The translations under genes were made by a program, and so were the position numbers. DNA of 64,000 bases from Octopus sinensis (taxonomy: Eukaryota): assembly GCF_006345805.1 (NCBI RefSeq), contig NC_043003.1, positions 33,790,001 to 33,854,000 on the forward strand. Reading direction: 5' to 3'. This document shows positions 13,996 to 24,828 of this stretch, one piece after another. The notes below the pieces were generated by a model, which saw nothing but the letters and a program-made list of their open reading frames with translations, was not told the origin of the DNA and did no database searches. Numbering within the stretch: the first letter of the stretch is position 1; each line of letters starts with the position of its first letter.

Positions 13996-14100
13996 TGCGT
14001 ACCCGGCACATAATGTTCTGACAATGATAATTTGTAAAGTTAAGGGTATTCTTGGAAAACCAGACCTAATCTGAGATTCGCCTACTTTTAAAATCATCCA
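13996..14100. repeat. 105-bp direct repeat, copy 2
   Basis: 99/105 identical to 12981-13085. Confidence 0.95.
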
Positions 14101-14814
14101 GCGTGGCCAAGTATTGATATAATTAAACTAATTAATATTTAATTTTTGAATGAAATGCATATGATCTCTTTCGAAAACATGAATATAGACAAGTCCAGCT
14201 TACGTCGTTCACTGTTGACAATGGCTCTGCACATATACTATGTACACGTATATGCTGTATACGCACATATACTGTATATGCACATATACTAAATATATAT
14301 ATATAATGTATATTCATATACTCTGTATGCATCCCCGGTCAAAATGAAAAAAAATATTGACGGTTATCTATGCATGCAATCCTTCTATCACCAAGCCACC
14401 GATGTTTAACTATCTCCGGTTGAATCAGCATAGCTCCGAAGTCTCTGCCTTTAATGTCAGAACGTAATAAGCCGGAGTAGATGACGCTGGGTATTTCGAA
14501 CAAACAAGGGAAGAAAAAAGAAGTGAAAAGCTGAAAGACATGATCGGCATCATTCATCTAAGTAGCTGCGTAAGTATCTAACACATGAATTAAAATAGTA
14601 ATGTAGAATAAAAACGCTAACCAAAAGTGATTTATAACATTTGCTTAATGCAAGAAACCTTCTAGTAAGAAGGTTACCATTTAAAGATAAAAATATATAG
14701 ACGCATATTTTTTAATACATATAAGAAAATGTATATGCTCATATGAATACTGATTCAGTTACCTAACATCCAGTTACACATAATGGTTTCAAATTCTGAA
14801 ACACGGCCTGCAAT

Positions 14815-14930
14815 TTCAGGAGGGTGGGGAACATCGATTACACCGACCCCAGTATTTGACAGGAACGTATTTTATCGACATGGATAGTATGAAATGCAAA
14901 GTGAGCTCGGCCGAATTTGAACGTGAACAG
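14815..14930 (-). mobile_element. SINE family B fragment
   Basis: ATCGATTACACCGACCCCAGT..TTTTATCGAC..GAATTTGAAC is the reverse complement of the family B body and B box. Confidence 0.7.
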
Positions 14931-15490
14931 CCACAAGAAATGCTGCGAAGTAACTTCTGCGATGCGAGAGAGGCCGGGACGGAAAGAAAAAGAATTGAAA
15001 AGGCAGAGGGCAAGATTAGTATCAGGGATGTGGAAGGAGAGGGAAGTGACTGAGGGGTAAAGAATGAGGTCCAGGTATTCTGAAATGAGTCGAGCGAGGC
15101 ATTTAGATGCAGAAACGATGGAGCGGTCAGGTTTGTTGGGTTTATGGATTTTGGGGAGGAAATAGGCGGTGCATTTGCAGGAAATTTGAGCAGTAATGTT
15201 GGTAGCAGTGCAGGGAAGGAATGGGACGAGATGATGTTCTTGAGATAGAAGAGACCCGCTGCTGGTAGAAGATGGTTTACATCGGAGGACAGGACTTGAT
15301 AGAACATGGGGTTACGAAACCGATGGGACGCTTCCTACAATTAAAATTCAGCGCTCCACACCACTACTGCTCTTTCATTGTCAGCCGGTTTGATGACGAT
15401 GTCATCTCGGTGACGGAGATTAAAAGGGTTGAGGATTCAGCAAGGCTGATGTTTATACGGCGAGATTTTTTCTCGTAGTTGATACGATTA
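14930..15490 (-). mobile_element. Penelope-like element RT N-terminal fragment
   Basis: Minus-strand frames give LRHRDDIVIKPADNERAVVVW (PADKG motif) and FLPKIHKPNKPDRSIVSASKC..ISEYLDLIL (LPKIHK..RPIVS motif). Confidence 0.85.
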
Positions 15491-15504
15491 ACTGGGTATT
15501 AATT

Positions 15505-15790
15505 CAATTTGCATGGTAAGAAGTTTGTTTCCCAACAATATGGCTTCCGGTTCAGTCCCACTGTGTGGAACCTTGAGCAAGTGTCTTCGACTATAGCCTC
15601 GAGCCGACTTAATCCTTTGAGTGCATTTGGTTGACGGAAACTGAAAGAAGTCCGTCGTATGTATGTATACATACATCCATACATATTTTATACACACATG
15701 CATGCATGTATGTATGCATGTATGTATGTATGTATATGTATGTATGCTTGTATGTATATATGTATGCGTGTCTTTGCATCTGTGTTTGTT
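15505..15790 (+). mobile_element. SINE family A, 5' half in sense orientation
   Basis: TGGTAAGAAG..GGTTCAGTCCC (B-box-like), CCTTGAGCAAGTGTCTTC (CORE-like), GACGGAAACTGAAAGAAGTCCGTCG, then the internal TATG/TG repeat. Confidence 0.8.
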
Positions 15791-15814
15791 CTCTAGTAAC
15801 AGCAGTAGAAGTTT

Positions 15815-15850
<36 letters not shown>

Positions 15851-15931
15851 CGGTGGTAGTAGTAGTAGTAGTAGAAGTGGTAGTAGTAGCAGCAGCAGTA
15901 GTAGTAGTCATAGTATTATTATTATTATTAT

Positions 15932-15988
<57 letters not shown>

Positions 15989-16012
15989 CTGTTGTTGTTG
16001 TTGCTGTTGTTA
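15815..16012. repeat. Compound (TAG)n/(TAT)n/(TGT)n tract
   Basis: Directly visible in the sequence. Confidence 0.95.
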
Positions 16013-16867
16013 ACTTTGAAAGACAAGACATGCTCTAATACATGCCATTCATTATTCGTGCTTCATTTTTCAGGCTTAATCTATCTAATATTTACTTTAT
16101 GCAATGTATCGTTCCAGTCTAAAGATAGTATTTTGTCAGATGACGACGATTTAGCTTTTACTTGTAGCAGATTCAGTGAAGATTGTATGGTGTTCCTGAG
16201 TCATAGTTGTTCTTTAATTCCTATGTTAGGAGATATAAGTGATGGCACAACTCTTACCATTAATACACAACTCTACACACACACACACAAACACACACAC
16301 ATATATATATATGTAAATGTGTATGTGTACGTATTTGTATTTGCATAAACATAATGGACATATACATGCATAATATATATATATATACATATATGAGTAT
16401 GTGTACGTATATATAAATATGGGATAAAAAGTTATTTTATTCAACGTGGTAGAAATATAGGAAAAACAGAAGTTGAAAATGCACTGAGAATAGTTAAAAT
16501 ATTTTTTATTAAAATATTTAAAGCTTTAACCAGTTTCACAGTTTACACTCATTTTCAAAGAGTTCAAATAGAAAAGCGTGGCTTCTATCGCAGCGGACTT
16601 GCTTTTGACTAGTGTTTGAAGTTTGCCCTGGGTTTTAAAAGTGTTCAAATTTTATACATGTTTTGAATAGGATTTGATTGGTAGAGAATAGTCACATGAC
16701 TATATATATATATACGTATAAATTGAGGATATAACCATTAAAATGATTATAACAGTGGCCAATGTATTAAAAAACAGCTGTATCAGTAAAATTAATATTT
16801 ACGTATATAATTATAAATATATAATTATAAATATATAATTATAATTATATTTGGCCCGGTACTATTC

Positions 16868-17086
16868 TTATTTCTTTACTGCCCACAAGGGGCTACACAC
16901 AGAGGGGCCAAACAAGGACAGACATACGGATTAAGTCGATTATATCGACCCCAGTGCGTAACTGGTACTTATTTAATCAACCCTGAAAGGGTGAAAGGCA
17001 AAGTCGACCTCGGCGGAACTTGAGTAGCAAACGAAATACTGCTAAGCATTTAGCCCGGCGTGCTAACGATCTTGTCAATTCGCCGT
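16868..17086 (-). mobile_element. tRNA-derived SINE family B, near full length
   Basis: Reverse complement aligns along its whole length with the copy at 54533-54764. Confidence 0.9.
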
Positions 17087-17396
17087 ATGGTCCGGTACAA
17101 TTCTGACAGTCATATGACTGACATAGACGATTACATATAATGTATACGTGGGAAATGAATGTATATATTGTTATCTGCACGCAAGTATTTATCGGCATGT
17201 GTATATATATTTTTCACTTATATATTGTCGGTATACTTCTACTGAAAAGTGTAAATTTTATTACAAAATACAAAATCTTAAGATATAGAGCTGACCGAAA
17301 TTTTATAAATCTTATCCATCTTTTGCACTCAGAGTGGTTTGTAGATATTTGACATCTATGTCTAGCGTACTGGAATTGTTATTGCATATTTATAGT

Positions 17397-17432
<36 letters not shown>

Positions 17433-17544
17433 ATATATATATAATGAACAGATATATAGATGTGTGTGTACGCGTACGTGTGTATTTATGTTCGTGTGTG
17501 TGTGAATAAATAAATGTATGTGTATTCTCTTATTCATTTATCAA

Positions 17545-17795
17545 TTCTTTTACGTTTCAGATATTTGACTGCGGCCTTTTAGTCGAAGAAATCAACACCT
17601 GGACATATTCTTTTTAAGCCTGGTACTTATTACATCGGGTCTCTTCTGCTGAACCGCTACGTTACGGGGACATAAACACACCAACATCGGTTGCCAAGCA
17701 ATGTGTCTGTGTGTGTGGGTGTGGAGGACTAACAGATACACAAAATGCACAGGTAGATATATACATATATATATTACATACACGCACACACACAC

Positions 17796-17831
<36 letters not shown>

Positions 17832-17986
17832 ATGTATATATATATATATACGACGAGGTTCTTTCAGTTTCCATCAATCAAATGCACACACTATAGTAGA
17901 AAAACACTTGCCCAAGGTGCAATGCGGGGCGGTTGAACCCTAAGGTTACGAAGCAAGCTTCTTACCACATAGCCACGCCTACGCCT
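17545..17986 (-). mobile_element. SINE family A, near full length
   Basis: Head AGGCGTGGCTATGTGGTAAGAAGCTTGCTT..GGTTCAACC, CORE-like CCTTGGGCAAGTGT, internal TA/TG microsatellite, and 3' half ending in CTGAAACGTAAAAGAA. Confidence 0.9.
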
Positions 17987-17995
17987 ATATATAAA

Positions 17996-18040
<45 letters not shown>

Positions 18041-18222
18041 CCATGGAAAAATTTTTCACCTAAATGTGAAAAACATAATTGTTTGTAAATAAATACCATA
18101 GGTATGTATGTAAGTAAAATTATTCAAAACAATTACATATTTTTCAAATTTAGGTGCATTTTCAGCAACAAATATTCGTATACTTTTTCCTGCGTGGGAA
18201 TATATCTCTTTTGTTTTGTGTG

Positions 18223-18254
<32 letters not shown>

Positions 18255-18959
18255 TATATATGCATACACATATATATGTTTTTATATATACATGTGTGTG
18301 TGCATGTGTGTATGTGTGTGTGTAAGTATGTATATCCTCTCGGTGCACATATATGTATATATGTTTTTAGGCATAAGAAAGTGCATTATTTGTTGTTCTG
18401 CCCACCTTAGATTCATTGCTTAATAATGTAAAGAATGAAATGTATATATTATATAAATATATATATATATTTGTATATATACATGAATTGCATACACACT
18501 TATATACATACCTATGCCTGTACCTTTATATGCCCATTTTTGTATATATTTTTTAATGTGTTTGGCAGATTTAAGAATTTTTTTTCCTCTGCGTGAATGT
18601 GTATTTACTTTTTGAGCATTGTGAAAGATAAGAAAACGTGAGATTACATCTCAGCTTGATCTCATCATGCTAGGAATATTAATCCAGTCTCTTTCTTTAT
18701 TATGATTATAATGCCACATTATTGATACTATCCTGTCTATTATGAAACGTTTAAGTATAAATTTGTGAAAGCAAGGATTTTGATGTTTAAAAATTGGGAA
18801 GCTAATATGAAATTTTAAAATCAGTTTCTAACAGGAAAATAAGTCAAGGAAAACATTCCTAGTGCTTTCTTCGTCCTTGATAACTTTTCTTTCTTAGCTC
18901 GTAAAATGAATGAAAATAATCGTGCGCGCATCTGTGCGTGTGTACAGGTGCACAGGTAT

Positions 18960-19225
<266 letters not shown>

Positions 19226-19664
19226 ATTTATTACTGCTTTTGATCTAATACCGTATTAATAGCTCCGTGAAAAAAAGACATTTCGTCCCCGTCGCATTCT
19301 GTATTCACATCAACTAATATATCAATAATAGTCTATATTTACCATTTAACTCTGGAGGAATGTAAGAATAAGTCGTCTGCAGACGTGACAGTAATATATC
19401 TGAAGGAGAAGACGATGATTTTTCATATTAATTTCTTTGCGTATTTATTTACTTTTACTTTGGTCTGGTGGGAATGTAAATAATATCAACTATCTGTCTC
19501 TGGTGTGTGAGAGGTGTGCGCGTGTGTAAAAGCAAAATCAACTGTGTTCTGATATCCGTCTGGGAGCTATCTTATCTCACTTGTATCATTAATGTCTTTG
19601 GTGAAAGCCGTAATAATTATAAATTCTGTTATCTTTGCCTTCTGAATTCATATATCAGACCTAG

Positions 19665-19907
19665 ATTTTCGGTCACATAGACATCGGTTGTGCAGTAAAT
19701 GATAGACTAACGATAGACAAACGAGTTTCTGTTACGAACTGTGAGAGACAATGCGGTTCTAAGAACCACTGTGAACTGAGATTATCATGGAAGAAAGGTA
19801 GCCATTGTTCTCTGTTCTTAGTCGCGATATTTCTACCTGAATGCTTAACTATAAATAAGCCCTCTGGTATTGAATCTCTATATGTATCAGCTATATTACA
19901 TAGTTAA
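19665..19907 (+). CDS. Candidate exon encoding a PAN/apple-like six-Cys module (unconfirmed)
   Basis: 80-codon stop-free frame with no ATG: IFGHIDIGCAVNDRLTIDKRVSVTNCERQCGSKNHCELRLSWKKGSHCSLFLVAIFLPECLTINKPSGIESLYVSAILHS*. The spacing C-x3-C-x5-C-x11-C-x-L matches the PAN/apple core. AG acceptors at 19663-64 and 19679-80. Not repeat-like. Confidence 0.35.
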   Translation: MFGHIDIGCAVNDRLTIDKRVSVTNCERQCGSKNHCELRLSWKKGSHCSLFLVAIFLPECLTINKPSGIESLYVSAILHS

Positions 19908-20029
19908 CGAGTGCTACATTAGCATTCAATTGTGATTATGTGACAGTGAGCATTGCCATCACAAGCTCGCAGTACCGGTGGGAGTGACGTGTTTAATATC
20001 CCTATTTTTAACTGTGGTAAGTTGACTAC

Positions 20030-21290
20030 TGCGGGAAAAATGCACGTGGAAAGATTACTAGAGAGACGCTTTCTGGGAAGGAAAAGCTGGATATTCCGGT
20101 TATTATTAAGAGTTAGTTAATGAAGCGATACGGGCGTCGAGATGAAGAGAGACAAATGAATCGGTAGTCCTTAGAGTTGGAAAGGGACTTGACATATCCA
20201 AGAAACAGAAGTGATAGCTTTGACAGAGGTCAAATTGTATTAGCAAACAACTCCGTACCATACGGTTGCTTGGCCTTTTATCATTTTTACCTGGAATCTT
20301 AGAAGCTGGTAGTACTCAAAAGTGGCTAGTCATACATAAAGTAGATTTGCTTTTATTTCTTCAAGCATTGTCTGGTGTCAGTATTAAAATTTTTTTGATA
20401 AAATGTGGCATGATATATCAGAGAATCCTTCTTCATAGGTGACATTTATCATATTTGTTACACCAATTTTTAAGAAATTTCCCAACGATATATCTAGTAA
20501 TGACGACATATTCCTCCATCAGTAATGTTGTAATTAGGTCTGAGTTGTGCCTGCAGTGAAATAAAGGTATTTTATTCATACTTAAGATCACTAGCAGGCA
20601 AAAGTATTAGCCAAGTAAAGTCGCTTTGTTTTGGCTGTTTCCTACTTAACGCATCAGAATGTTCCTTTTAACCAACTGATTTTGTTTCATAATTTAGCTG
20701 TTTGATCAATTTCTTTTGCGTAATGTGTAGCAATTGTATTAATCCACTTCCTACAATAATTTTTTTTTTTATCACAGACAAGGTCTCGCAGCAAGACATT
20801 CTGTGAGTTGTAAAGATAATAAACAACATTAAAGACGGATTTCTTGCAGTGTTCTCTGACACTCAATAATCCCATGTAGGCCTCTATTCAGCTGACGTTC
20901 AGTAGTTGAATGTCGGATTTCTGTGTAATATATAATGCTTTCCTAATTAGATTTCTCACATTACAGTCAACAGTATACAGTTCTGTCCGGTTCAAACCAA
21001 TACGATAAGGAGTTATGCCATAACTGGAATTTACAAATGTGTTGGTGTTACAGATAATGTTCTTAATACTGAAATGAAAGTTTTACGTTTTGTACTCTGA
21101 CAAAATATTCCTTTTTTCTTCAGATACATTTTACACACAGTTTCGATTCAACGCCGAAACATATTTATGATTCTGGATTAAGGAGATCCTCTTCTGTTGT
21201 TCAATTTCCCTCACTGATGTCGCAGATATTAACATCCACGATTGATATGTCTTGCTCTATGTCAGTTTCTTGCACTTCTCTAGTCCAAAC
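20030..21290 (-). mobile_element. Old Dong/R4-like RLE LINE relic (RT thumb to endonuclease)
   Basis: TELYTVDCNVRNLIRKA..QKSDIQLLNVS*IEAYMGLLSVREHC (like LxxLDxKxRK..KSDxxRLYxxRxxGGxGLxSV). Downstream E*NTFISLQAQL..GICRH. Many stops. Confidence 0.6.
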
Positions 21291-21349
21291 GCGCATTTTA
21301 ATGTAATGACTATATAAATAGTTGGATAACGTATTACGTATACCGAGCT

Positions 21350-21435
21350 AGTTAGCTACCTACCTACCTGCCTACCTACCTACCAACCAACCTACCTACA
21401 TACCTGCCTACCTATTTATCTACCTACCTGCCTAC
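21350..21435. repeat. (CTAC)n tract
   Basis: Directly visible in the sequence. Confidence 0.9.
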
Positions 21436-21489
21436 TTATACATAGAGACATGCATACGTACATACATTATAATAATAATAATAATAATA

Positions 21490-21522
<33 letters not shown>

Positions 21523-21525
<3 letters not shown>

Positions 21526-22594
21526 TAGTTTTATTTTTATAGCGTGCTTTCACTTCACTACCGAGCGCAGCTCTGTGTGCCTTGGGTATGTGCTGTGATT
21601 TGTTGCGATGCTCTGATGGTTATTGTATGGAAAGTGTTCTGCGTAGGATGTGTGCAGTGCCTAGTAGTGCAATTTTCTGTATGTTATATGTGTTTGTAAG
21701 TCCTGGTGTTTTTGTTATGTATTTGTCTGAATATTTTTTTATCATGCCTAATGCACCCACTATGATAGGAATTGTTTCTGTTTTCAGATTCCACATTCTA
21801 GTTACCTCTATTTCCAGGTCTTTGTATTTTGAGAGTTTCTCCATTTCTTCTAGAGACACGTTGTCATCAGCCGTTATTGATACATCAATTAGAAAGCATT
21901 TTTATCTTCATGGTCTCTGACAACTATATCTGGTCTGTTGGCCTTAATTTCTTTGTCTGTGTGTATCGGCATATCCCAGAGTATGGTTGCTTTCTCGTTT
22001 TCTGTGACCTTTTCTGGTGTGTGCCTATACCATCTTTTTTCTGTTGTTATTCCATAATGTTGGCATAGCTTCCAATGTATGTAGGTTCCAACACTGTCAT
22101 GTCTGTGAATATATTCCTTCTTAGCCAGGACTGGGCAGCTAGAGATAATATGATTTATTGTTTCTTGTCCATCTCCACATATTCTGCAGTTACTTGTAAT
22201 ATTTCTTTTCATTACATGTTTTTGGTAATTTCTGGTGGGGAGGCTTTGGTCTTGTGCTGCAATTAAAAATCCCTGTTTCTGCCTTGAGTCCTGAGCTTCT
22301 CAACCATTGCTGGGATTTTTCTTTGTCTATTTCTTTTGCGTTTAGTTTAGTCCAGTATTTACCATGAAGGGGCTTTTCTTGCCATCGTTTTATCGTGGTT
22401 CGTTGCTGTTCTATTTTTAGTTTGGATTTCATTTGTTTTATAGCTTTTGTTGTTTCTCCATCTTCCTTTTCTTCTTCATGTTTATTAGGTGGTATGATTT
22501 CTTGTTTGTATTTGTCAGCTTCCTTAAATACTGAGAACAGTTTTTTGTTTTGCTCGTGTTTTGCCGCTATCTGGATCAGTTTTCCTTCCTTCTG
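21523..22594 (-). mobile_element. Dong/R4-like RLE LINE, 5'-truncated, well preserved (copy A)
   Basis: WQEKPLHGKY..WLRSSGLKAETG; CRICG..ETINHIISSC (CCHC knuckle); RHD; ILWDMPIHTDKEIKANRPDIVV..LIDVS (PD-(D/E)xK endonuclease); ..LGTAHILRRTL*. Then a ~100-bp 3'UTR. (AAT)n on the element strand at both ends. Confidence 0.92.
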
Positions 22595-22644
<50 letters not shown>

Positions 22645-22650
22645 TATTAT

Positions 22651-23648
22651 AGACTTTTTATATACACAACAGATTAGACTACTAGAAAAGAAAAAAATTC
22701 CTAATATCGGACTACAAGAAACTTTAGATGCTAAGAACCCTCCCTCCTAAGTATCCTTGGTATGCCTAATATCGCAATTTCCAGAGCTGTACTAAACTAG
22801 CTTTTATGCCTATTTCCTCTAGCCAACTGTTCAAATCTTTAGGGCTAGTTCTCAATGCAACTATAACTACAGGCATACATTTTACCCGCACTTTCCATAG
22901 TCTCTATAATTCAACGGCTAGGTCCTAGTACTTCGCAATTTTTAAAGTCAATTACCTGGCACTTTCTATTGTCCTTATCTACTATTACTAAATCAGGCCT
23001 TCTAGCATCTATTACTCTGTAAGTCTGAAAGTTTAAGTCCCACAACAACTTGTATTTCTTACTTTCTAGTACTTTACTAGAGATATTTTCATACCATTTA
23101 TACTAATAAATGGTATGAAAATATCTCTCTCAAATCCTAGCTTTGTACTTAACTCCCAGTGGATTGCTCTCCTTGGGTTGTCATGTATTTTCTTGTATTC
23201 CTTCTGTGCCAGCGTACTATGTTCACTCACTATATGATTTGCGTTACCTATATTGAGAACCTACTTGGTTTTTGTCTATCTTGGTTTTAATCCAATTAGG
23301 CTTTAATGTTTGATCTTATGCAGCTACTTTCTGTCCCCCTTTTCACTTTTTCTCTTTGCAACTATAGTCATGTCTCAATACAACTATTTGTTGCAACTAT
23401 ATTTGGGAATCTACCATGCAATGCCTTCTCCTGCCAGACAGATAATTTCTATTCTTTTTTCTGGTGTTTTTTTTTCTGGGTTTTTGGTTTCCTATGTCTT
23501 GCTGTGAGTGTAGCAGCTGTTAATAAACGTTCTTCCCTATTACCTACATTGGACTCTATATCTACTCTGGCTAACTCCACGCAGTCTACTACTGACATTA
23601 ACCTACCGCCGCCTTCCTTTCTAGGTAAGTATAATCTGGCTACTTATC
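22651..23648 (-). mobile_element. Dong/R4-like RLE LINE relic (copy B, different subfamily)
   Basis: ARLYLPRKEGGGRLMSVVDCVE..WQEKALHGRF..NHIVSE..LAQKEYKKIHDN..IHWEL..KWYENISSKVLESKKYKLLWDLNFQT..ARRPDLVIVDK..VIDF. Flanked by (ATT)n on both sides. Confidence 0.85.
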
Positions 23649-23703
23649 ATCATTATTATTATGATTATCATTATTTTTATGATTATCATTATTTTTATGA
23701 TTA

Positions 23704-23750
<47 letters not shown>

Positions 23751-23768
23751 GCTGTTATTATTATTATT
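23649..23768. repeat. (ATT)n tract with an 18-bp higher-order unit (TATGATTATCATTATTTT x~3)
   Basis: Directly visible in the sequence. Confidence 0.9.
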
Positions 23769-24298
23769 GAGTGAGAAACCGGTGCATGCCATTAAAGTGA
23801 CACAGGGTTACAAATATACGAAACCCAGCATGCCCATCATGAATATCCATCCAGTAGGAGTACACCAGGTACTTGCATCGCAACCATATTTGCGCGACAT
23901 GGATATCTCATATCAAAGTAAATAGCGCATGATCTTGTATGTGGGTCTCGGAATTTTCTTCAGGTCGAGTAGGCCTCCTCTCTCAAAGGGTCCCTGAATA
24001 AGAGTTAAGGATGTTGAATGAAACGCCCATGTTTCCAGAAGTGAATTATTCAACTCACCAAAATACCTCTCAACACATAGCTATGATGCTTCTCCACTTC
24101 TTCTACTCGTGATTAGAGATGCACATAACATATCATTAGCTACAAAGGACATGCTCAATTGGTTGTGGTAAAACAACTGAGAAACGAATCTGTGATATTG
24201 AGCAGAATATTTGCTGTAGCCCGTCTTTTTATACCAAGAGAAAACATGTACATGATAAAATTTCCAATCAGTTAAGATTAGAAGCTATGAGTAGGGCA
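23769..24298 (-). mobile_element. Non-coding interspersed repeat flanked by (ATT)n (putative non-autonomous retroposon)
   Basis: No ORF and no TIR. A second, internally deleted copy at 28241-28342 has the same terminus abutting (ATT/ATC)n. Orientation is inferred from the tail. Confidence 0.65.
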
Positions 24299-24320
24299 TT
24301 TACTATTATTATTGTTGTTG

Positions 24321-24788
24321 TTTACACAATAAGCGTGCAGTTCAAAGTAATGCAGACTTTTGCAGTACACGTAGATTGTAGGGTATTTCTAAAGTTTTAA
24401 GAATGGGTGGTATTGAACCCAATGCATCGATGACTATAGGGGTTACACGTTTATGTCTAACTCTCATAGCTGCAGCATTATAGCGATTTCAATTCTCAGG
24501 TTTCCATATTTATCAATCTTTTCTCTTTCTTTCATGATAATATGTTGATGCCCTGGCACTGCCACGTCAATTATTAGGCACCCTTGTTTTGTCCTGCTAA
24601 ATGTTACTATATCTGGCCTTCGGTGCTGTAATATCTTGTCTGGAAGTGAAATCCCCAGAGGATTTTTGGCTTCCACTTTTTGTCCATTACCTCTTCCGGC
24701 GTATGTTGGTACGAAGCCCCGTAACCTCATATCCATACTTACGGTATAGTAGCCAATGGATTTGGGGCTACCTTGTCATGTCTACGCT

Positions 24789-24828
<40 letters not shown>

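Noticed and set aside
14339-14557. Minus-strand frame after a strong polypyrimidine tract (VIYSGLLRSDIKGRDFGAML..)
   Set aside because: No good donor, no homology recognised, and no in-phase partner exon giving a sensible protein.
22651-23260. Apparent CTAG/TAG enrichment suggesting RIP-like CpA hypermutation
   Set aside because: After translation, most TAGs are natural codon junctions (GTA G, CTA G). Only two CAG>TAG changes are evident.
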